DNA from: Fidelibacterota bacterium
GTDB taxonomy: Bacteria > Fidelibacterota > Marinisomatia > Marinisomatales > TCS55
DNA length: 17,137 nt
NCBI GenBank assembly: GCA_027251445.1
Contig: JAPNQO010000111.1
Location: 1 to 17,137, forward strand
Direction of reading: 5' to 3'
The notes under the pieces are model-generated. The model ran no database searches. It was not told the DNA's origin and saw nothing but the letters and a program-made list of their open reading frames with translations. Each line of letters begins with the position of its first letter. Within the stretch, counting starts at the first letter, position 1. This document shows, piece after piece, positions 1 to 6,623 of this stretch. The position numbers were made by a program, and so were the translations under genes.

Positions 1-93
1 CCAGCGGAAGAAGAAGCACCAGCGGAAGAAGAAGCACCAGCGGAAGAAGAAGCACCAGCGGAAGAAGAAGCACCAGCGGAAGAAGAAGCACCA
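1..93 (+). repeat. Perfect 18-bp coding tandem repeat CCAGCGGAAGAAGAAGCA, 5 copies plus CCA; may continue upstream of the window
   Basis: Identical units start at 1, 19, 37, 55 and 73; each encodes PAEEEA. Confidence 0.97.
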
Positions 94-168
94 GACAATA
101 AAAATAATAAAGAGCCAAAGAAAAAGAAATCAGTTAAAAAAGGCTCTAAGAAAAAGGCTAAGAAGTAA
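1..168 (+). CDS. rpsP: 3' end of a CDS truncated by the window edge; probably the low-complexity C-terminal extension of 30S ribosomal protein S16
   Basis: Frame 1 reads (PAEEEA)x5-PDNKNNKEPKKKKSVKKGSKKKAKK, then TAA at 166-168 and TAG. The S16 domain is not in the window. The name comes from its position directly before khpA-rimM-trmD-rplS, the canonical rpsP operon, and from known Ala/Glu/Pro-rich S16 tails. Confidence 0.7.
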   Translation, partial: PAEEEAPAEEEAPAEEEAPAEEEAPAEEEAPDNKNNKEPKKKKSVKKGSKKKAKK

Positions 169-230
169 TAGCCATAATTGATGAATAATGAAGAAGGGTC
201 AAGATATAAAGACCCAAGGAGGAAATGATT

Positions 231-464
231 ATGAAGGAGTTAGTTGAAAGTATAGCAAAGCATTTGGTAGATAAACCAGATGAGGTAAACGTAACAGATG
301 TAGAAACTGAACAACGTATAATCTATGAATTAACCGTTGGTGAAGGTGATTACGGTAAGATTATAGGAAAAAGTGGAAGAAACATTTCTGCTATTCGCAC
401 TCTAGTTTTTGCAATTAATGCTAAACAAGGTGGTAAGCGCGCTCGTCTAGATGTGATTGATTAA
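231..464 (+). CDS. khpA: KH-domain RNA-binding protein KhpA (YlqC family)
   Basis: MKELVESIAKHLVDKPDEV N-terminus and GKIIGKSGRNISAIR (GxxG KH motif); lies between rpsP and rimM. SD AGGAGG at 217-222 fits ATG 231 better than ATG 225. Confidence 0.92.
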   Translation: MKELVESIAKHLVDKPDEVNVTDVETEQRIIYELTVGEGDYGKIIGKSGRNISAIRTLVFAINAKQGGKRARLDVID

Positions 465-474
465 TAAGCTTCCT

Positions 475-975
475 ATGAATAAACTTTTTCCAATAGGGCA
501 GGTTATGCGTGCATCTGGATTGAAAGGCGCTGTATCAGTTCGCCCACTTTCTCGTTATTTTGAAGATTATATTCATTCTCATCAATTACATGTGGGACTT
601 ACAGAAAAATCGTCACGCAAATTGCAACTCAGTAAAATGATAGGCAGCGGTAAAAAATGTAGTTTTTTGTTTAAAGGGATAAAGGATAGAAACGGTGCTG
701 AAAATATTATTGGAAAGAAGATATTTGCAGTAGTTGATGAGCTTGATTCAATTCATTTTTTATCAAGCGATTTAATTGGATATAGAGTATTTACAGATGA
801 AGGCGTACCTGTTGGAAAATTAGGAGAGATTCTATGGCTACCAGCAAATGATGCATATGTAATCAATGATGGTGATAGAGAGTTCCTGATTCCTATAATA
901 CCTGAGATTGTCAAAGATATAGATTATTCTCAAAAGGCAGTAGTAATAAATCCTATGGAAGGTTTACTAGATTGA
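475..975 (+). CDS. rimM: 16S rRNA processing / ribosome maturation factor RimM
   Basis: IGQV..ASGLKG N-terminal motif, DLIG..V, ANDAYVI, LIP and terminal GLLD; operon position. Start is ATG 475 or TTG 457. Confidence 0.9.
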   Translation: MNKLFPIGQVMRASGLKGAVSVRPLSRYFEDYIHSHQLHVGLTEKSSRKLQLSKMIGSGKKCSFLFKGIKDRNGAENIIGKKIFAVVDELDSIHFLSSDLIGYRVFTDEGVPVGKLGEILWLPANDAYVINDGDREFLIPIIPEIVKDIDYSQKAVVINPMEGLLD

Positions 976-1697
976 AGACTATTTCAATTATTACTCCAAT
1001 ACCCAATATGATCAATTCAATAGTTGAGCAATCTATTTTGCATAAAGCTATCGATAACGATTCAGTTAAATTTGATGTGGTAGATTTAAGAGAGTTTGGT
1101 TTAGGAAATTATAGGCAAATTGATGATACACCGTATGGTGGGGGTGGCGGTATGATTTTAATGGCAGAGCCATTGTTTGCAGCATTAGATCAGGTAATTA
1201 ATAATTTGAAAAATAATGATAATACAAGAATAATATACCCTTCACCCCAGGGTCAATTATGGTCACATAAGAAAGCAATCGAAAACAGTAATTTTGATAA
1301 TCTAATATTTATTTGTGGGCATTATAAAGATATTGATCAACGAGTCATTGATAAGTATGTTACTAATGAATATTCCATTGGCGATTATGTTGTTACAAAT
1401 GGTGAAATTCCAGCAATGATCATGGTTGATAGTATTGTAAGATTAATTCCTGGTGTTTTAAATAATTATGATTCTGTAAAGACAGACTCTTTTTATTCTG
1501 GATTAGAGTTAGATGCTCCATATTACACAAAGCCTTCTGAGATAGATAATTTGTCAGTCCCAAATGTTTTATTAAGTGGTAATCATGAGAAAATTAATAA
1601 ATGGCGAATGAAAGAAAGACGTCAAAGAACAAAAAATAAACGTCCAGATATATGGTCTAAAAGAATTGAGAAACTTGAATCGTTGGAGGATAAGTAA
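972..1697 (+). CDS. trmD: tRNA (guanine37-N1)-methyltransferase TrmD
   Basis: [46 protein letters not shown] motifs. TTG start overlaps the rimM stop (TTGA). Confidence 0.97.
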   Translation: MKTISIITPIPNMINSIVEQSILHKAIDNDSVKFDVVDLREFGLGNYRQIDDTPYGGGGGMILMAEPLFAALDQVINNLKNNDNTRIIYPSPQGQLWSHKKAIENSNFDNLIFICGHYKDIDQRVIDKYVTNEYSIGDYVVTNGEIPAMIMVDSIVRLIPGVLNNYDSVKTDSFYSGLELDAPYYTKPSEIDNLSVPNVLLSGNHEKINKWRMKERRQRTKNKRPDIWSKRIEKLESLEDK

Positions 1698-2038
1698 TGA
1701 ATAAATTACAAGAAGCAGTAAAAGATCAGTTAAGAGATGACTTGCCTGAGTTTTCTCCAGGAGATACTGTTTCCATTGAAGTAAGAGTTATCGAAGGTGG
1801 AAAGGAAAGATTGCAGACTTTCAAAGGTATAGTTATTTCTAAAAGTGGTGGTGGCGTTGAAGAAACATTTACAGTTCGCAAAATTTCTGGTGGAATTGGA
1901 GTAGAGAGAATTTTCCCATTGCATTCTCCAATGATAAATTCACTTAAAGTTGATCGTAAGGGTAAAGTTAGACGTGCAAAACTGCACTATCTGCGTGGGT
2001 TAACAGGTAAAGCGACTAGAATTACAGAAAAACGTTAA
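1697..2038 (+). CDS. rplS: 50S ribosomal protein L19
   Basis: [55 protein letters not shown] upstream. Confidence 0.98.
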   Translation: MNKLQEAVKDQLRDDLPEFSPGDTVSIEVRVIEGGKERLQTFKGIVISKSGGGVEETFTVRKISGGIGVERIFPLHSPMINSLKVDRKGKVRRAKLHYLRGLTGKATRITEKR

Positions 2039-2062
2039 TCTTAGCGAATTTCTTTAATTTTC

Positions 2063-2093
2063 GCCCTTTTAATCATATTCATATAAAAAGGGC
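2063..2093 (+). terminator. Stem-loop after rplS, possible terminator of the rpsP-rplS operon
   Basis: GCCCTTTT (2063-2070) pairs with AAAAGGGC (2086-2093) around a 15-nt loop. The T-rich run starts only about 8 nt later, so it is not a canonical intrinsic terminator. Confidence 0.4.
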
Positions 2094-2135
2094 ACATACA
2101 ATTTCCTTTTTCTAGAAAATTTATTTTTCAATTCT

Positions 2136-2174
2136 TTAGATTTATTTAATAATTATATTATTAAATAAATCTAA
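2136..2174. repeat. Perfect 18-bp inverted repeat with a 3-nt spacer just upstream of the MFS gene (candidate operator, hairpin or cruciform)
   Basis: TTAGATTTATTTAATAAT (2136-2153), TAT, ATTATTAAATAAATCTAA (2157-2174). The repeat is certain; its function is unknown. Confidence 0.85.
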
Positions 2175-2183
2175 TTTTTGCAT

Positions 2184-3350
2184 ATGAATAGAATAGAGAA
2201 AACTATATTAGCAATTACAGGAGGAAGTCATCTATCTGTACATGCATTAATGTTAGCACTTCCTAGTTTAATTCCAATTCTTATGAATGAATTTGATATA
2301 GGATTAGACATTTTAGGTTTAGTTGTGACAATTAGTGCGTTTATGTTTGGTTTTGGAGCTATTCCATCTGGTTGGATGGAGAGCAAACTTGGTGGAAAAA
2401 CATTATTACTACTATATTTATTTGGTTCCAGTTTTTCAGCATTTCTTGTTTCAATCTCTAATTCATTCTATTTATTAGTTTTTAGTTTGGGGCTATTAGG
2501 TTTATCATCAAGTATTTATCATCCTGCTGGCCTTACATTGATTTCTAATAGAGTACATTTAATAACAAAAGGTATGGCAGTCCACGGTATCTTTGGTTCA
2601 ACAGGTTCTGCGATTGGTCCAGTATTAGCAACTACATTAGCTTTTTTTATTTCCTGGCGAGCATCATATGCGACCCTGGCTTTTTTTAATTTAGCTCTAG
2701 GTATAGCAACTATTTTCTTAATTCCATCGCGAGAAAAAGATATAGATAATACATTAATAAATAGTGATAGAGATATTAACGAAACAAATCGCATAGCTTT
2801 AATATTTTTTTATATAACTAATATGATCATGGGATTTACATATTATGGATTTACAACATTTATGCCCATTCATTTTGCTGAAAATACAAAAGAATTCCTT
2901 CCATTTATTCCTGATACAATGAAAGCAGGAATCTTCCCTTCATTTGTTTTCTTATCGGGCATTATTGGTCAAATCATTGGAGGTAAGTTAGGTACTCGTT
3001 TCAATAGGATTGCAATACTTCCATATATTATTGCTGCAAATATTCCTTTTTTAATTTTAATGGGATATGCGGAAGGTGTTTTACTTATTTTTTGTAGCTT
3101 AGGTTTAGGAATGGCTCATTTTAGTAATCAACCAATAAGTAATACTATTATTGCAGAATTAACCCATAGTAATAATAGAGGAATAGGATATGGAATAAAT
3201 TTCTTTTTAAGTATGGGTATTGGATCTTTGGCCGCAATGATTGGAGGGGTTATTGCAACAAATTATGATACTACTATAGTATTCATTTCTTTGGGCTTTT
3301 TACTTATTCCGGCAATCTTAACTAGTTATATTCTTATTTTGAAAACATGA
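2184..3350 (+). CDS. Major facilitator superfamily transporter (Fsr-like), substrate unknown
   Basis: About 390 aa with roughly 12 hydrophobic segments in 6+6 arrangement and a central polar loop; motif-A-like GWMESKLGGK; YHPAG; His-containing TM1. Start is ATG 2184 or TTG 2178. Confidence 0.88.
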   Translation: MNRIEKTILAITGGSHLSVHALMLALPSLIPILMNEFDIGLDILGLVVTISAFMFGFGAIPSGWMESKLGGKTLLLLYLFGSSFSAFLVSISNSFYLLVFSLGLLGLSSSIYHPAGLTLISNRVHLITKGMAVHGIFGSTGSAIGPVLATTLAFFISWRASYATLAFFNLALGIATIFLIPSREKDIDNTLINSDRDINETNRIALIFFYITNMIMGFTYYGFTTFMPIHFAENTKEFLPFIPDTMKAGIFPSFVFLSGIIGQIIGGKLGTRFNRIAILPYIIAANIPFLILMGYAEGVLLIFCSLGLGMAHFSNQPISNTIIAELTHSNNRGIGYGINFFLSMGIGSLAAMIGGVIATNYDTTIVFISLGFLLIPAILTSYILILKT

Positions 3351-3353
3351 TTG

Positions 3354-3381
3354 TTGTTTTACTATCTAAATTTTATATACT
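3354..3381 (+). promoter_or_regulatory. Possible sigma70-type promoter for selA
   Basis: TTGTTT (3354-3359), 16-nt spacer, TATACT (3376-3381), 13 nt before the selA ATG. The AT-rich background weakens this. Confidence 0.3.
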
Positions 3382-3394
3382 TTGATAGATTGAT

Positions 3395-4765
3395 ATGATA
3401 AATAAGCAATTAAAAGAAATTCCTTCAATATCTCAAGTATTACTTGAGATAGATCAAAGTATATCTTTACATGATAGATATATAAAAAATATAATTAACT
3501 CAGAAATTAAGTTCTACAGAAAATTAGCAAAGGATAATAAGCTAAATTATAATCGAAGAGATATCATTAATAAAATAATACAAGAAATTGAAAGATTAGA
3601 TATATCTTCAATTAAAAATATAATTAATGGTACAGGTATAGTGTTGCATACTGGTTTAGGGCGTGCTCCAATATCCAAAAAAATAATAGAACGGGTCTCA
3701 GCTAAATTAGAGGGCTATATTAATTTAGAATTTGATTTAATAAGTGGAAAACGTGGTCATAGACAAGATCATTTATCTAGAATGTCTAATGCAATTTTTG
3801 GATCACAGGCTAGTCTATTAGTAAATAATAATGCTTCTGCTGTTCTATTAGCTCTTAATTCCTTGGCAGAAGGAAAAGATGTAATTGTTTCAAGAGGGCA
3901 AGAAGTTGAGATTGGAGGTTCATTTCGCATACCAGATATAATTCAAAAAAGTCATTCTAACCTTATAGAAGTTGGTACTACAAACAGGACGCATTTATTT
4001 GATTATGAAAAAGCAATATCTGCATCAACGGGGGCTATTTTATGGGCTCATACAAGTAATTATGTCGTTAAAGGTTTTACAAAACAAGTGCCATTGAAAG
4101 ATCTAGCTTTATTATCAAAGAAAAAAAGAATTCCTCTAGTAGTTGATTTAGGGTCTGGAACTATTATTTCTACAGATGATCATAATTTGCCTTCTGAGAA
4201 AAATATTCAAGAAATATCAAAAACAGGTGCTGATATCGTAACTTTTTCTGGGGATAAATTAATTGGAGGTCCTCAATGTGGTTTTATTATTGGTAAGAAA
4301 AATTATATTAAAAAGATTTCTGAGAACCCATTACATAGAACTTATAGATGTGACAAATGGACAATAGCACTTATGGAAGAAACGCTAAAAACTTTTCACT
4401 CAGACCAAAAATTCGACTCAAGAAATCTTTCTTTAAAATTACTTACCTCATCGAGAAAAGAATTAATGAATAGAGGAAAAAGAATTATTAATAAAATTCC
4501 TAAAAACAAGTTGAAATCTCTAGGGATTACACTAGAGGAATCTTTAGTTGAGGCAGGGAGCGGTTCATTACCATTAAAATCAATCCCTAGCGCAGCCCTG
4601 AAATTTATTCCTAAGGAAATGTCTGTATCATCATTAGCAAAAGCTTTTCGTTTAGGTGCACAACCTGTAGTTGGATATACAAAGAGAAATATTTATTATA
4701 TTGATTTAAAAGCAGTATTACCCAGTCAAATAGCTAATTTGATTGAATCAATTAAGCAGGTATAA
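3395..4765 (+). CDS. selA: L-seryl-tRNA(Sec) selenium transferase (selenocysteine synthase)
   Basis: INGTGIVLHTGLGRAP, VNNNASA, VSRGQEVEIGGSFRIPDI, EVGTTNRTH, DLGSG, PLP-lysine motif FSGDKLIGGPQ, GSGSLP. Confidence 0.97.
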   Translation: MINKQLKEIPSISQVLLEIDQSISLHDRYIKNIINSEIKFYRKLAKDNKLNYNRRDIINKIIQEIERLDISSIKNIINGTGIVLHTGLGRAPISKKIIERVSAKLEGYINLEFDLISGKRGHRQDHLSRMSNAIFGSQASLLVNNNASAVLLALNSLAEGKDVIVSRGQEVEIGGSFRIPDIIQKSHSNLIEVGTTNRTHLFDYEKAISASTGAILWAHTSNYVVKGFTKQVPLKDLALLSKKKRIPLVVDLGSGTIISTDDHNLPSEKNIQEISKTGADIVTFSGDKLIGGPQCGFIIGKKNYIKKISENPLHRTYRCDKWTIALMEETLKTFHSDQKFDSRNLSLKLLTSSRKELMNRGKRIINKIPKNKLKSLGITLEESLVEAGSGSLPLKSIPSAALKFIPKEMSVSSLAKAFRLGAQPVVGYTKRNIYYIDLKAVLPSQIANLIESIKQV

Positions 4766-4766
4766 T

Positions 4767-6623
4767 TTGTCTCACGTAGTTATAGGAACTGCAGGACATA
4801 TTGATCATGGTAAAACATCCCTGGTCAAAGCCATTACAGGTACTGATACTGACAGCTTGATTGATGAAAAAAAACGTGGAATGACTATTGATCTAGGTTT
4901 TGCTTTCTTTAATGAGCAAATCACCATCATAGATATGCCTGGTCATGAAAAATTTATACGAAACATGGTCGCAGGTGTTTCTAATATTCATATAGCATTA
5001 TTAGTTATTGCTGTAGATGATGGTATTATGCCTCAAACCAAAGAGCATTTACAGATATTACAAATATTAAATATTTCTCAATGTATTATAGCTCTTACAA
5101 AGATTGATTTAATTCAGGATAAAGAATGGATCGATATGATTGAACTTGAGATTAGAGAAATGACTAATAATATTTTTGAAAGTATAGAAATTGTTCGCAC
5201 CTCTACTCAAACGAATGAAGGGATAGATGAATTAAAGAATGTTTTAAGCAATCATGCGCCATTGAAAGCAAATTTTAGAGAAAATGATCTGTTTAGATTA
5301 CATATTGATCGTTCATTTTCAATAGTTGGTTTTGGAACGGTTGTTACTGGAACAGTCTTATCTGGAGAGTTAAGAAAAGGAGACAAGGTAAACATATTAC
5401 CAAATAATATAATAACTAAGGTTCGCGGTATTCAAAGACATGGTAAAGACATTAATAAGGTAGGTATTGGAGATAGAGCAGCAATAAATTTAGCAAATAT
5501 TAAACCTGAAAAAGTCTTTCGAGGATCTCAATTAACATCTAGTAATTCAATAAAAATAGTAAATCAATTTATTGCCAATATTATTATTACTAATCAAGGG
5601 ATTAAACAATTTAAACATAGACAGAGAGTTAGAATACATTTAGGTACTGCTGAAGTATTTGCGAGAGTATATCTAATTGGACAAAAAAAGTTAACTAATA
5701 ATGTTAGAACAAATGTTATAGTTAAAATGGAAAATACACTAGGTGTCTTTGATGAAGATCTATTTGTTATAAGATCTTATTCTCCAATTACAACATTAGG
5801 AGGAGGGAAAGTCTTAACAACGCTAGATATTAAAAATTTACCATTTAAATCTTGGGTACCATTACTTGAAAATGATCCTATAATGAGATTTAATCAACTA
5901 GTAAAATATAGTAGCCCCAAGGTAATTGAAGAATGGTCTTCAATTACTCAAATAAATATCGATAAAATTTTTGAATGGATACAAATATTAGGACTTTTAA
6001 TTACTAAAAGAAGAATTATTTATACAGAAGAAATGAAACATAATTCCGTAAATGATGTTGTAGAGATCATAGAGAATTATCATGAAAAAAATCCATTAAG
6101 AAGAGGTATTGGTATAGATTTATTAAAACAGCAATCAAAATTTGATGATTTATGGTTTTTTGAAATTATTTCCATAATAGAAAAAGATGGAACAGTTAAA
6201 AAAATAGAATCTGAATATGCTTTATCTTCACATAGTTTAGAATTAAATGCTGAAACAAATGATTTGAATAAAAGAATAGAAAAAATAATTGTTCAAAATG
6301 GTTTTGCACCAATTACGACCAAAGATATTTCTGAACAACTTAATTTATCTGAAAAAAAGTGCTTAGAATTATTGCATGTATTAAAAAATCAAAAAATAAT
6401 CATTAAAGTAAAAATGAACCTTTGGATGCACACTGAAAATAAAGATAAGCTATTCCTTGTAAATAAAAATCATTTCCAATTAAATGATGAATTGGATATT
6501 TCTGCTTTTAAATCCTACACGGGTTTAACAAGGAAATTTGCTATACCAGTGCTCGAATTTTGCGATCAACAGGGATGGACATCACGTATGGGTAATGTGC
6601 GTATTAAAGGGGAAAAGATTTGA
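4767..6623 (+). CDS. selB: Selenocysteine-specific translation elongation factor SelB
   Basis: GTAGHIDHGKT, RGMTIDLGF, DMPGHE, TKID, DRSF...GFGTVVTGT, and the C-terminal SECIS-binding winged-helix motif TRKFAIPVLEFCD...R.G..R. Probable start is TTG 4767 just after the selA stop; the ORF is open from 4743. Confidence 0.97.
   Translation: MSHVVIGTAGHIDHGKTSLVKAITGTDTDSLIDEKKRGMTIDLGFAFFNEQITIIDMPGHEKFIRNMVAGVSNIHIALLVIAVDDGIMPQTKEHLQILQILNISQCIIALTKIDLIQDKEWIDMIELEIREMTNNIFESIEIVRTSTQTNEGIDELKNVLSNHAPLKANFRENDLFRLHIDRSFSIVGFGTVVTGTVLSGELRKGDKVNILPNNIITKVRGIQRHGKDINKVGIGDRAAINLANIKPEKVFRGSQLTSSNSIKIVNQFIANIIITNQGIKQFKHRQRVRIHLGTAEVFARVYLIGQKKLTNNVRTNVIVKMENTLGVFDEDLFVIRSYSPITTLGGGKVLTTLDIKNLPFKSWVPLLENDPIMRFNQLVKYSSPKVIEEWSSITQINIDKIFEWIQILGLLITKRRIIYTEEMKHNSVNDVVEIIENYHEKNPLRRGIGIDLLKQQSKFDDLWFFEIISIIEKDGTVKKIESEYALSSHSLELNAETNDLNKRIEKIIVQNGFAPITTKDISEQLNLSEKKCLELLHVLKNQKIIIKVKMNLWMHTENKDKLFLVNKNHFQLNDELDISAFKSYTGLTRKFAIPVLEFCDQQGWTSRMGNVRIKGEKI

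Noticed and set aside
1..93. Repeat array as CRISPR or iterons
   Set aside because: No spacers; the unit is a multiple of three and lies in an open frame ending at 168.
181..228. 15-codon mini-ORF MNNEEGSRYKDPRRK whose TGA overlaps ATG 225
   Set aside because: No SD, very short, and it overlaps the strong khpA SD; expected by chance.
1730..1924. 64-aa minus-strand ORF
   Set aside because: Antisense to rplS, with no recognisable motif.
2136..2174. Inverted repeat as a dif/Xer site
   Set aside because: Superficially like TTATGTTAAAT, but the arm reads TTATTAAAT and the central spacing does not fit the 11-6-11 layout; no recombinase gene nearby.
2039..2183. tRNA-Sec (selC) or another tRNA in the spacer next to the sel block
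   Set aside because: Extremely AT-rich, with no cloverleaf, T-loop GTTCGA or UCA anticodon arm.
2519..2794. 91-aa minus-strand ORF
   Set aside because: Shadow ORF antisense to the MFS gene.
3362..3390. Imperfect dyad CTATCTAAA...TTTGATAG before selA, sharing ATCTA/TAGAT with the 2136 repeat
   Set aside because: Short, imperfect and with opposite half-site orientation; not distinguishable from AT-rich noise.
3348..3398. Sec read-through of the MFS TGA stop (also considered for rimM, selB and yicC)
   Set aside because: Each TGA falls at the expected C-terminus for its family, no convincing SECIS-like hairpin follows, and MFS read-through is out of frame with selA and stops after about 15 codons.
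2184..6623. MFS-selAB as a mobile island
   Set aside because: No integrase, transposase or flanking direct repeats seen, and selB overlaps mutS.
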